The notes: generated by a model not told the origin, from the sequence alone. 64,000 nucleotides of DNA from Butyricicoccus sp. (GCA_020025885.1 JAHHRJ010000003.1:15498-79497); one strand, 5' to 3'; positions 1 through 9,258 are shown, counted from the stretch's first letter. Made by a program: numbers and translations.

Positions 1-1192
1 GCCGTTTGCGGGCATCAATGGTTCGGGTAAGCATAACAACTGGTCGCTGTCCACAGACCGTGGCGAAAACCTGCTCGAGCCAGGCAGCACACCGTCTTCC
101 AATGCACAGTTCTTGCTGTTCCTGACGGCAACCATCAAGGCGGTTGACGAGTATCAGGATCTCTTGCGCCTGTCCGCGGCAAGTGCAGGCAATGACCACC
201 GTTTGGGTGCGCATGAAGCACCGCCGGCAGTCATTTCCATGTATATCGGTGATGAACTGGGCGCAGTTGTGGAGGCAATCGTATCAGGAGCAAATTATAC
301 CGATGCAAAAAAGACCAGCATGGATATTGGCGTTACAGCACTGCCTGATATCCCGAAGGATACTTCAGACCGCAACCGTACCTCACCGTTTGCGTTTACA
401 GGCAATAAGTTCGAATTCCGTATGCCAGGTTCGGCGTTCAATGTTGCATGTACCAATACCATCATCAATACTGCGGTTGCAGAATCACTCAGACAGTTTG
501 CAGATGAACTGGGACAGGCAGAGGACTTTGAAAAGGCACTTTCCGAACTCATTGTACGTGAAATTAAGGCACACCAGCGTATTGTATTCAATGGAAATGG
601 TTATGATGATGCATGGCTTGCAGAGGCAAAGAAGCGTGGTTTACATAACTTTCCGTCCACACCAGAAGCACTGTCGCACTATACGGACAAGAAGAATTTA
701 CAGCTCTTTACACGGCACAGCATTTATACCCCAGTAGAAGTTGGCTCTCGCGAGGAGATCTTGCTGGAAGAGTATACCAAAACCATTCACATTGAAGCAC
801 TGACCATGCTGGATATGCTGCAAAAGCTGATCTTGCCCGCATGTATGCGCTATGCAAAGGAAGTTGCACAGGGCGTTTCGTTCAAAATGCAAATCGGAAT
901 TGATGCACCAGTTGAGTTGGATCTCGTGCGTGATCTGACAGAAAAGACAGCTGCTTTGAGCAAGGCAAGAGATATACTTGCAGACAAGGTGGAAGGCGCA
1001 AAGCATGTTCTGGACAATACACTGTCTGCTGCACCAGGAAGCGTTGGCGCTCGCACAAAGTCGCGTTATTATTACGATGAGGTTCTGCCAGCAATGCAGG
1101 AGATCCGTAAAATTGCAGATGCGTTGGAGAGCATGGTTGCGAAGGAATATTGGCCGTTCCCAACTTACAGCGATTTGCTGTTTTATGTGTAA
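1..1192 (+). CDS. glnN: Glutamine synthetase type III (5'-truncated by window edge)
   Basis: Frame is open from position 2: PFAGINGSGKHNNWS (GSIII signature), RLGAHEAPP, DRNRTSPFAFTGNKFEFR, C-terminal WPFPTYSDLLF. Confidence 0.93.
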   Translation, partial: PFAGINGSGKHNNWSLSTDRGENLLEPGSTPSSNAQFLLFLTATIKAVDEYQDLLRLSAASAGNDHRLGAHEAPPAVISMYIGDELGAVVEAIVSGANYTDAKKTSMDIGVTALPDIPKDTSDRNRTSPFAFTGNKFEFRMPGSAFNVACTNTIINTAVAESLRQFADELGQAEDFEKALSELIVREIKAHQRIVFNGNGYDDAWLAEAKKRGLHNFPSTPEALSHYTDKKNLQLFTRHSIYTPVEVGSREEILLEEYTKTIHIEALTMLDMLQKLILPACMRYAKEVAQGVSFKMQIGIDAPVELDLVRDLTEKTAALSKARDILADKVEGAKHVLDNTLSAAPGSVGARTKSRYYYDEVLPAMQEIRKIADALESMVAKEYWPFPTYSDLLFYV

Positions 1193-1316
1193 GTATAGAT
1201 ACAGTTGACAATTTAACGATTTCATTAGACAATAAAGGGAATGGTAGCTTGGGTTGCCGTTCCCTATTGTTGTATGGGGAAAAACACAAAAACCTTGAAA
1301 TCAAAGGGAGAATGCT

Positions 1317-2348
1317 ATGAAACGATTGGTTACCGCAGCGGCACTCGGTGCGCTTCTGCTTTTTAGTTCTGGATGTCGGGCAAATCTGGCATCAAGTCAG
1401 TCGGAATTTTATGCAATGGATACCTTTATGACAGTAACCACATATGATAAAGACAAAAAACTTGCGCAACAAGCACAAACACAGATTGAACAGCATATCA
1501 ATGCGCTTGATCAGCTGATGTCACGCCAGCGCGTCGAGAGTGGTCTGGCAAAACTCAATGAAGCAAATGGAGCAGTTGTAACAGTCGATCCTGCGCTATA
1601 TGATGTGATCCGAACGGCGGTATACTATGCAGAGCAGACACAGGGTGCGTATGACCCAACGACCGCGCCGCTTTCTGATTTGTGGCAAATCGGAACAGAG
1701 GATGCACATGTGCCAACACAGGCCGAAATTGATGCAGCATGCAAAATGGTAGGCTGGGAAAATATTCATCTGCTGGAAAATAATCAGGTGCAGCTCACAA
1801 ATGGGGCACAGCTTGATCTTGGCGGCATTGGAAAAGGCTGGGCGGCAAATGATGCGGCGGCGATCTGTCGAATGGCGGGCGATACCCTGCGTGTTTTGGC
1901 ACAGCTCGGTGGCAATATCATAGGAGTTGGTGAGAATCCGAACAATGAAACAGGGGAATGGGTGATTGGTATCGCAAATCCAGACAAATCTACGGACTAT
2001 GTAGCAACAGTTGCCATTACAGATGAATCAGTCGTTACATCGGGCGATTATGAACGCTATTATGAACAGAATGGCAAGCGATATCACCATATCTTTGACC
2101 CAAAGACCGGATATCCGGCAGACAATGGATTGCGTGCGGTAACCGTAGTGGATGCTGATTCTGCCAAGGCAGATGCACTTACCACTGCACTGTTTGTCAT
2201 GGGGCTGGAGCGCGGTTTGGAATACTGTGCACAAAATGATGTCAAAGCTATATTTGTCACAGCAGACCGCAAGGTGATCCCAACTGATGCAGTGCGTGCG
2301 CAGTATACATTTACAGGCGCACAGGCAGGATATACCGATGGGCAATAA
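1317..2348 (+). CDS. apbE: FAD:protein FMN transferase (ApbE/FmnB family lipoprotein)
   Basis: Lipobox-like SSGC, AMDT, LDLGGIGKG, VTSGDYERY, HHIFDPKTGYP, ADALTTALF. Confidence 0.93.
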   Translation: MKRLVTAAALGALLLFSSGCRANLASSQSEFYAMDTFMTVTTYDKDKKLAQQAQTQIEQHINALDQLMSRQRVESGLAKLNEANGAVVTVDPALYDVIRTAVYYAEQTQGAYDPTTAPLSDLWQIGTEDAHVPTQAEIDAACKMVGWENIHLLENNQVQLTNGAQLDLGGIGKGWAANDAAAICRMAGDTLRVLAQLGGNIIGVGENPNNETGEWVIGIANPDKSTDYVATVAITDESVVTSGDYERYYEQNGKRYHHIFDPKTGYPADNGLRAVTVVDADSAKADALTTALFVMGLERGLEYCAQNDVKAIFVTADRKVIPTDAVRAQYTFTGAQAGYTDGQ

Positions 2349-2721
2349 GTGGGGACTGCGCAAGGGTGATTTCGTCATTTGTGCAGTGGTGCTATCTTTC
2401 GCGATCCTAGCGGCAGTTCCGTTTTTGCTTCAGAATGCAGATACACTGATTTGTGAAATCAAGCAGGATAACAAAGTAGTGCAGACCGTACATCTCATAG
2501 CTGGATATCGCGACACCATTACATTAGAGCGAAATGGTGTTACCAATGTGATCGAAATTGATGGCAAGCAAGTACGTTTTGCACAGTCCAATTGCCCAGA
2601 TCAAGTATGCGTGCGTACAGGTACACTCACGCGAGCGGGTCAGATCGCGGTTTGCCTGCCAACACGGGTAACTGTGCGTATTTTTGGCGCAGATACGGGC
2701 GTAGATGCCATTGCGACATAA
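2338..2721 (+). CDS. NusG domain II-containing protein (DUF1312/EetB-like), N-terminal membrane anchor
   Basis: SNCPDQVCVRTG...IAVCLP motif; ATG 2338 overlaps the apbE stop. Confidence 0.85.
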   Translation: MGNKWGLRKGDFVICAVVLSFAILAAVPFLLQNADTLICEIKQDNKVVQTVHLIAGYRDTITLERNGVTNVIEIDGKQVRFAQSNCPDQVCVRTGTLTRAGQIAVCLPTRVTVRIFGADTGVDAIAT

Positions 2722-2734
2722 AAGGAGGGACAGC

Positions 2735-3244
2735 ATGAAAGCCAAACAAATTGCCTTGTGCGGTGTATTGGTTGCGGTTGCACTGGTGCTGTCGCTGGTG
2801 GAAAAAATGATCCCCATTCAGGCACTCATTCCAATAGCTGGGATGAAATTGGGGCTTGCCAATGTTGTAACTGTATTTGCGCTGATGCGTCTGCGTGTGC
2901 GCGAAACGCTTGCCATTCTGCTGGTGCGTGTGACACTTGCTTCCGTGTTTATGGGAAGTGTGACGGCGTTTCTGTTTTCCTTATTTGGCGGTTTGCTTGC
3001 AATGGTTGTGATGAAGATGCTGCTCTATGGACAGGACAGATACTTTTCGCTCGTGGGGATTTCGATTGCAGGTGCGGCGGCGCATAATATTGGACAGATC
3101 GGCGCAGCTGTTTTGGTGCTGGGTACGATCAATGTAGTTGGATATCTTCCGCTTTTGCTGTTGGTTTCCATCCCAATGGGACTTGTAACCGGTTTGGTAT
3201 GCACGGCGGTGCTTGGGCATTTAGAACGCATCCAGCCGCAATAA
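2735..3244 (+). CDS. Gx transporter family / heptaprenyl diphosphate synthase component I-like membrane protein (EetA-like)
   Basis: GMKLGLAN, AAAHNIGQ motifs; hydrophobic; RBS AGGAGG. Confidence 0.85.
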   Translation: MKAKQIALCGVLVAVALVLSLVEKMIPIQALIPIAGMKLGLANVVTVFALMRLRVRETLAILLVRVTLASVFMGSVTAFLFSLFGGLLAMVVMKMLLYGQDRYFSLVGISIAGAAAHNIGQIGAAVLVLGTINVVGYLPLLLLVSIPMGLVTGLVCTAVLGHLERIQPQ

Positions 3245-3319
3245 ATGGAAAAAATTTCTATGAGTTTACCGGATAAATCGCAGCTTTCCGTGTTATACTA
3301 CGCAAAACGGAAGGAGCGA

Positions 3320-3727
3320 ATGATGATGAAAAACAGAATTGTATCTGCATTATTGATCGTTTTATCATTGGCAATGTTGGTTGGCTGCGGCAGAAAAGCG
3401 CAGGATAACAATGGAGCAAATGCGCCAGACCGTACCGAGCAGCAGAACAGCCAGGACAATATGGTGAACGATCTCCCAAATGTGCCAGACAATGGCTCAA
3501 ATGTACAGGGAGATGCCAATGCGCCAGCAAATGACCAAAAGCCCAAGGAAGGCTCTGTCACACAGGATGCAAAGGATATGCTGGATGACGCAGGCGATAT
3601 GGTTGGAGACGCCGCAAAGGGCGTTGGCGATGCAGTCAAGGATGTTGGAGACGCGGCAAAGGATGCCACAGACGGAAATAGAAATAACATGCAAGACAAT
3701 AAAAACAACACAAATGAGAAGAAGTAA
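3320..3727 (+). CDS. Low-complexity lipoprotein with VGDAxK repeats
   Basis: RBS AAGGAG, lipobox LVGC, N/D/Q-rich body. Confidence 0.75.
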   Translation: MMMKNRIVSALLIVLSLAMLVGCGRKAQDNNGANAPDRTEQQNSQDNMVNDLPNVPDNGSNVQGDANAPANDQKPKEGSVTQDAKDMLDDAGDMVGDAAKGVGDAVKDVGDAAKDATDGNRNNMQDNKNNTNEKK

Positions 3728-3730
3728 TAA

Positions 3731-3767
3731 AAACGGGATACACAGGTTTGACTGTGTATCCCGTTTT
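3731..3767. terminator. Bidirectional intrinsic terminator; duplicated at 3981-4016 by MITE-A insertion
   Basis: AAACGGGATACACAG-loop-CTGTGTATCCCGTTTT between convergent genes. Confidence 0.8.
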
Positions 3768-3980
3768 GAGACTGTCGAAGAACTTCGACAGTCTTTCCAG
3801 GGGAACCCAGTCCCCCTAGATACAGAGCCAGTTCCAGTAGAAACTGGCTCTGATACCCCCGGTTTCGCGCACGTTTGCGCGGGTCGCGGGCAAAATCCAA
3901 GGCGCATGTCCTTGGATTTTGAAAATTTTAGGTCGCTTCGCTCCGAGGCAAAACAGTCAAAAGACTTTTTCGACAAGGTG
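3768..3980 (+). mobile_element. MITE family A copy 1 (213 bp, multi-hairpin, non-autonomous)
   Basis: Near-identical to 16469-16682 and the reverse complement of 58491-58704; imperfect terminal IRs; flanked by a 36-bp direct repeat (3732-3767 / 3981-4016, 2 mismatches). Confidence 0.88.
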
Positions 3981-4022
3981 AATGGGATACACAAGTTTGA
4001 CTGTGTATCCCGTTTTTTCATA

Positions 4023-5234
4023 TTATTTGGTTTTGCTGAAAATTTGATAGCCGCCTTTTTTTAGGGCTTTCATCAAGCGGTTGGCGTGGTCATCACCGCC
4101 AACCTCACACACGACCTCAATAATCGCTTCACCAATTTCCAAATCGGCTGCCACGCGGTCATGGCTAAATACAATGACGTTTGCATTCTGCTCCGCAACG
4201 ATATGTGCAAAGTTTTCCAGTGCTCCGGGGACATCTGGCATAATGGTCGAGAATTTAATGTGACGATGGCGTGTCACAAGTCCCTTTTCTACGACCTTGT
4301 GAATAAAGGAAACGTCAATATTGCCGCCAGACAAGACACAGACAACCTTTTTGCCCTCAATATTCACCTTGCGGTTGAGTACTGCCGCAAGGGAAGCCGC
4401 ACCAGCTGGCTCAACAACCTGCTTAGCACGCTCAAGGAGCAGCAGAATGGTGGAGGCGATCTCTGCATCGGATACGGTGACCATCTGGTCTACATACTGG
4501 TCGATATACTGCATCGTAACATCACCCGGCTGCTTGACTGCAATACCATCTGCAATGGTGTGTGCGCTCTCAGTTGGGATCACACCGCCCTGATGGAAAG
4601 AATTGACGATTGCAGAAGCACCTTCCGCCTGTACGCCGATGACCTGAATACGGGGGTTGATCTGCTTGACGCATGCGGCAATACCGGACAGCAGACCACC
4701 GCCGCCAGCGGGAACGAAAATCATATCAACAGTGGGCAAATCGCTTAAAATTTCCAGTCCAATGGTACCTTGCCCTGCCATGACGTCTTCATCATTAAAC
4801 GGATGAACGAGCTCTGCACCTGTCTCTGCGACGATTTCCTGTGCTTTGGCATAGGTTTCATCATAAACAGATCCATGTAGAATCACTTTTGCGCCATAGC
4901 CTTCGGTTGCGGCAACCTTGGCAATTGGTGCAGAACGCGGCATAACAATCGTCGCGGGTACACCGACAGAAGCGGCGGCAAATGCGACACCCTGTGCATG
5001 GTTGCCAGCGGAAGAAGCGACGACCGCAGGGAGATCCCCCTCGAGAAAACGCTTCATAATCTTATTATAAGCACCACGTACCTTGAAAGAGCCAGTTTTC
5101 TGCTGGTTTTCATATTTGAGATAAACTTCCGCACCGGTTATCTCGGAGAACGTGGAAGACGTACTCAGCGGGATGGTGTGGACAACATTTTTTAGGCGCG
5201 CTGCCGCCTGTTGAAAATCATTGACTGTCAGCAT
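4023..5234 (-). CDS. ilvA: Threonine ammonia-lyase (PLP) with C-terminal ACT domain
   Basis: KYENQQKTGSFKVRGA, SAGNHAQGVA, PAGGGGL, LSGGNID; medium-length form, could be TdcB-type. Confidence 0.9.
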   Translation of the reverse strand: MLTVNDFQQAAARLKNVVHTIPLSTSSTFSEITGAEVYLKYENQQKTGSFKVRGAYNKIMKRFLEGDLPAVVASSAGNHAQGVAFAAASVGVPATIVMPRSAPIAKVAATEGYGAKVILHGSVYDETYAKAQEIVAETGAELVHPFNDEDVMAGQGTIGLEILSDLPTVDMIFVPAGGGGLLSGIAACVKQINPRIQVIGVQAEGASAIVNSFHQGGVIPTESAHTIADGIAVKQPGDVTMQYIDQYVDQMVTVSDAEIASTILLLLERAKQVVEPAGAASLAAVLNRKVNIEGKKVVCVLSGGNIDVSFIHKVVEKGLVTRHRHIKFSTIMPDVPGALENFAHIVAEQNANVIVFSHDRVAADLEIGEAIIEVVCEVGGDDHANRLMKALKKGGYQIFSKTK

Positions 5235-5448
5235 AATCCTGTCCCCTGCTTTCACAATTATGAATAAAAGATATTTTACAGTTTAGCACGACACATTGCT
5301 GATTGCAAGATATATAGATGGGATTTTTGATCGCTTGTCACCAGAAACAGAAAAATTTTGAAATAATTTGAATGACATTGTATTTTTTGAGTGGTTTTGC
5401 TATAATAACTGTGTATTATTTGAAACAAATAGGCAGGGAAGGATATTT

Positions 5449-6300
5449 ATGAGCCAATCAGAAATAGGTTTCCGCACGGCAGCACTTGGATTTCGCCGTG
5501 AAGATGTATTGGAGTTTATTGCACAAGAGGCAAAACGCCGTCAGGAAATAAAAGAACAGCTGGAACAGATTCAGGAAGAAGCCGCACAACTGAGACAGGA
5601 GAGCGAAGAAGCCAATCGTGCATCAAAAACACTTCTTGCAAGCCATGACGAAAGTTTGGCTGAGCTTCGCAAAAAGGACGAGAAAATTAAAGCACTGCAA
5701 GAAGAATTGGCACAGGCAAAGAATGAAATCAAACAAGCAAAGCAGGAACAGGATATACTGCACAGCGAATATGAGGCGTTAGAAAAGACGCTGGAAGAAA
5801 CCAAGACAGAGAATGCCGCGCTTCTGTCCAAATGTGGTGAGTATGATGAAGCACGTGGAAAACTCGCAGATATCGAGCTGTGTGCGCATGGGCGTGCAGA
5901 GGAGATCGAGCGCCGCGCAGAACAGCAGGCATGTGAACTGATCGAGGAAGCAGAGCGTATGGCGGAGCAGCTGCTGCAAACAATCGCGCAGACCAAGGAA
6001 GCCTTCTGGGAAGCATTGGACGCGGCCGAACAGGAAACGGAACGTGCACATGCACGGACGATGGATGCACTCACCGAATTTGATGGTATCATGGAGGAAT
6101 TGCGCAGCCGTGTTGCGACGCAGGTTGCGCCAGAGCCAGAGCAGGAAACGCAGACCGCGCTGCAAGAAAATGATACGCAGGAAGCAGAACAGCCAGTACA
6201 GGAGCACACACAGGCAGCAAGTGACTACAAAGAATACTGTGCTGGGCGGGAGCGTCCTACATTGGCGCAGGTACTGGGTGCATTGCGCGGTGGCAAGTAA
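5449..6300 (+). CDS. Coiled-coil protein with DivIVA-like N-terminal motif
   Basis: FRTAALGFRREDVLEFI followed by a long E/Q/K/A heptad region. Confidence 0.7.
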   Translation: MSQSEIGFRTAALGFRREDVLEFIAQEAKRRQEIKEQLEQIQEEAAQLRQESEEANRASKTLLASHDESLAELRKKDEKIKALQEELAQAKNEIKQAKQEQDILHSEYEALEKTLEETKTENAALLSKCGEYDEARGKLADIELCAHGRAEEIERRAEQQACELIEEAERMAEQLLQTIAQTKEAFWEALDAAEQETERAHARTMDALTEFDGIMEELRSRVATQVAPEPEQETQTALQENDTQEAEQPVQEHTQAASDYKEYCAGRERPTLAQVLGALRGGK

Positions 6301-6314
6301 CAGGGGGAACAAAG

Positions 6315-6869
6315 ATGGCACATTATGATTTGCGCACGGAAGAACTCAAGGAAATGGCACCGAAACTGCGTGCAGGGGATACTGTGACCTTGACAGGTAC
6401 GCTATATACCGCGCGTGATGCAGCACACAAACGGATTATACAGGCGATGGAAGAAGGGCAGGAGCTGCCGTTTGCACTGGATGGTGCGGCGGTCTATTAT
6501 GCAGGTCCTACGCCGGAAAAGCCGGGACAGGTAATCGGTTCTGTCGGCCCAACAACATCCGGACGCATGGACCCGTATTCGCCTAAGCTGTTGGATGCCG
6601 GACTGATCTGCATGATCGGAAAGGGGGTACGTTCGCAGGCGGTCGCAGAGGCGATGGAGCGCAATGGTGCGGTTTATATGGTTGCCATTGGTGGTGCGGG
6701 CGCAGTCAAGGCAGAAAGCGTCAAGGGGCTGGAAGTGATCGCATACGAAGATCTCGGCTGTGAGTCAGTCAAGCGACTCACAGTTGAGAACTTTACTGCA
6801 ATCGTTGCAATGGACAGCATAGGCGGCAACCTCTATCGAGATGGTGCGGCACAGTATCGCAAAGATTGA
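6315..6869 (+). CDS. Fe-S hydro-lyase (fumarate hydratase/tartrate dehydratase) beta subunit
   Basis: YTARDAAHKR, YYAGP, GPTTSGRMD, MIGKG, DLGCES. Confidence 0.9.
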   Translation: MAHYDLRTEELKEMAPKLRAGDTVTLTGTLYTARDAAHKRIIQAMEEGQELPFALDGAAVYYAGPTPEKPGQVIGSVGPTTSGRMDPYSPKLLDAGLICMIGKGVRSQAVAEAMERNGAVYMVAIGGAGAVKAESVKGLEVIAYEDLGCESVKRLTVENFTAIVAMDSIGGNLYRDGAAQYRKD

Positions 6870-6898
6870 ATATGGTGTGAAAGAAGTGTGCAAGCTAG

Positions 6899-7056
6899 GG
6901 GCTGTTTGAAAAATCGAAAATTTGTCTTTTTCTACAGGGAACGGCATCCACTGCGTTAAAAATACTCGAAATCCATCAAGGATTCCTGCGTTTTTTGCCT
7001 TGTGGCTGCTCGCTCCCTGCGAAAAATCCGTCAATTTCTCTATTTTCAAACAAGCC
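6899..7056. mobile_element. Rod-hairpin MITE (family C, 158 bp) inserted in a terminator loop
   Basis: TIRs GGGCTGTTTGAAAA / TTTTCAAACAAGCC; CTAG duplication (6895-6898, 7057-7060); flanks AAGAAGTGTGCAAGC / GCTTACGCACTTCTT + T-tract rebuild a terminator; core shared with family B. Confidence 0.8.
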
Positions 7057-7126
7057 CTAGGCTTACGCACTTCTTTTTTTGTTCGTTTGTGCATAGAGTG
7101 ACAGAGAAGAATTGGGAGGTGCGCAA

Positions 7127-8002
7127 ATGGAGCAGACCGGAATGAAAAAACTCCTGTGCCAGATGTTGGCAACGGTGCTGGTGCTCGGCGGTTTGTTTGC
7201 ATGGAATACCCATGAAACAGCGACACCAGCACTTGCACAGGAGCAGGTAGATTTACCGATTTTGATGTATCACAGTATTTTGAAAGATGAAGCGCGGGCA
7301 GGAGACTATGTGCTCAGTCCCACAGCACTTGCAGGGGATCTGGATTATCTGATCCAGCATGGATATCAGACGGTTACGGTAGAACAGCTCATTGATTATG
7401 TAGATGGACAGGGTGTACTGCCAGAAAAACCTGTGCTGATCACCTTTGACGACGGATTCTATAACAACTATCTGTATGCCTATCCGCTTCTCAAAGAACG
7501 AGATATGTGCGCAGTGATCTCACCGATTGGAGATCAGACTGTTATGTTCACCGAAAATGGACAGGAAAACGCATATTGGTCGTATTTATCTCTGGCACGC
7601 CTGATCGAGATGGAGGAAAGCGGCGTATTTGAAATGGGCAATCACTCCTATCAGATGCATGACACCGGACCACGCAAAGGATGCCTCAAAAAACGCGGCG
7701 AGGATCAAGCGGCATATGAAGCACTACTATGTGAAGATACGCGAAAAGCTCAGACCATGCTTGCAGAAGGTGGGCTGACGCCGCCTATGTGCTATACCTA
7801 TCCGTTTGGGGCATACAGTGAAGAAACCGAGCGGATGATGAAAGATCTGGGATTTCGCTGCACACTCAGCTGTGAAGAGCGGCATAATGTGATTACGAGA
7901 GATCCAAACTGTCTGTATCTATTGGGAAGATACAACCGTCCATCAGGGATCTCAACCGATGCATTTTTTGCAAAGATACTGCCAGAGGAGGAGAACGGAT
8001 GA
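7127..8002 (+). CDS. Polysaccharide deacetylase (CE4/NodB), N-terminal anchor
   Basis: ILMYH, ITFDDG, GNHSYQMH, YTYPFG. Confidence 0.9.
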   Translation: MEQTGMKKLLCQMLATVLVLGGLFAWNTHETATPALAQEQVDLPILMYHSILKDEARAGDYVLSPTALAGDLDYLIQHGYQTVTVEQLIDYVDGQGVLPEKPVLITFDDGFYNNYLYAYPLLKERDMCAVISPIGDQTVMFTENGQENAYWSYLSLARLIEMEESGVFEMGNHSYQMHDTGPRKGCLKKRGEDQAAYEALLCEDTRKAQTMLAEGGLTPPMCYTYPFGAYSEETERMMKDLGFRCTLSCEERHNVITRDPNCLYLLGRYNRPSGISTDAFFAKILPEEENG

Positions 8003-8298
8003 ATGAATGCATGATGTGTCAATGCTGCACCTTGACAGAACTGCGGTGCAGAGAGGTCATTAACCTGTGTGATGGTGCGCGGATGGGGTATGTCAGCGAC
8101 GTACAGTTCGATATCAACAGCGGCAGGATCACGGCATTTATCGTGCCCGAAGCTTGCGGTGTTCTGGGGATTTTGGGCAGAGGGGAGGATGCAGTCATCC
8201 CTTGGGACTCGGTCGAAAAAATAGGAGAAGATATTATTTTTGTGCGCTATCAGCGTCCTTGTCCGGAGCCAAGGCCGCATAAACGGTTTTGTTCTTGA
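7999..8298 (+). CDS. YlmC/YmxH family sporulation protein (PRC-barrel)
   Basis: ELRCREVINLCDGARMG, IPWDSVEKIGEDIIFV; exact start uncertain. Confidence 0.85.
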   Translation: MNECMMCQCCTLTELRCREVINLCDGARMGYVSDVQFDINSGRITAFIVPEACGVLGILGRGEDAVIPWDSVEKIGEDIIFVRYQRPCPEPRPHKRFCS

Positions 8299-8326
8299 AA
8301 AAAATAAGAAAAATGTAAAAATACCT

Positions 8327-8356
8327 TTGACAAGTCGGATTGTAGTATGTTATGAT
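8327..8356 (+). promoter_or_regulatory. Sigma-A promoter of rpsB-tsf
   Basis: TTGACA-18 nt-TATGAT with extended TG. Confidence 0.7.
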
Positions 8357-8367
8357 GACAGGGTATG

Positions 8368-8460
8368 AATACACACATCTCGCGATGCACGCGGCGGGTG
8401 CCCGTTCTCGGAACGGATGCCGCCTGTCAGATGAAACGAGATGGAGGTAAAAACCAAGGA
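8368..8460 (+). promoter_or_regulatory. rpsB 5' leader (probable S2 autoregulatory RNA)
   Basis: Structured leader ACACACATCTCG...GCGGCGGGTGC...GATGCCGCC...CGAGATGGAGG upstream of rpsB. Confidence 0.6.
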
Positions 8461-8471
8461 GGAAATTTATC

Positions 8472-9200
8472 ATGGCAGTAATTTCTATGAAGCAGCTGCT
8501 GGAGGCTGGCGTACATTTCGGTCACCAGACCCGCCGCTGGAACCCGAAGATGGCAACTTACATCTTCACTGAGCGTAACGGTATCTACATCATCGATCTG
8601 CAGAAGACCGTCAAGAAGCTGGAGGAGGCTTACTTCTTCGTTCGTGACACCGCTGCAAACGGCGATGCAATCCTGTTCGTAGGCACCAAGAAGCAGGCGC
8701 AGGACGCAATCAAGGAAGAGGCTGAGCGTTGCGGTCAGTACTTCGTAAACGCACGTTGGCTGGGCGGCATGCTGACCAACTTCAAGACCATGCGTACCCG
8801 CATTAACCGTCTGAACCAGCTCAAGAAGATGCAGGAAGACGGCACTTTCGATCTGCTTCCGAAGAAGGAAGTTATCAAGCTGCAGCTTGAGATCGCAAAG
8901 CTGGAGAAGTATCTGGGCGGCGTTAAGGAAATGAAGAAGCTGCCGGGCGCTATGTTCGTTGTAGATCCGCGCAAGGAGAAGAACGCAATCGCTGAGGCTA
9001 AGAAGCTGGGTATTCCGGTTGTTGCTATCGTTGACACCAACTGTGATCCGGACGAAGTTGATTACGTAATCCCGGGCAACGACGATGCAATCCGTGCAAT
9101 CAAGCTGATTTCCCAGACTATGGCAAACGCTGTACTGGAAGGCAAGCAGGGCGAGCAGCTGGAAGTTGCAGCTGAGGAGAAGGAAGCTGCTGCTGAGTAA
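8472..9200 (+). CDS. rpsB: 30S ribosomal protein S2
   Basis: [32 protein letters not shown]. Confidence 0.99.
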   Translation: MAVISMKQLLEAGVHFGHQTRRWNPKMATYIFTERNGIYIIDLQKTVKKLEEAYFFVRDTAANGDAILFVGTKKQAQDAIKEEAERCGQYFVNARWLGGMLTNFKTMRTRINRLNQLKKMQEDGTFDLLPKKEVIKLQLEIAKLEKYLGGVKEMKKLPGAMFVVDPRKEKNAIAEAKKLGIPVVAIVDTNCDPDEVDYVIPGNDDAIRAIKLISQTMANAVLEGKQGEQLEVAAEEKEAAAE

Positions 9201-9231
9201 TTCAATACTCACAACAGACTGTGTATTTTTC

Positions 9232-9258
9232 GCAGGGCGCGACGCCCCCGGCGCGCCG
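9232..9258 (+). repeat. Solitary REP-like GC-rich palindrome
   Basis: GCAGGGCGCGACGCCCCCGGCGCGCCG resembles GTAG-type REPs; single copy in the window. Confidence 0.4.

Noticed and set aside
3732..4016. Two 36-bp palindromic direct repeats as a mini CRISPR array
   Set aside because: Only two units, the 213-bp spacer is a multicopy MITE, and there are no cas genes; this is a duplicated terminator
3480..4064. Recurrent peptide ERSDLKFSKSKDMRLGFCPRPAQTCAKPG (also 16456-16680, 58526-58792)
   Set aside because: Translation of MITE-A DNA; starts and stops differ among copies and there is no RBS
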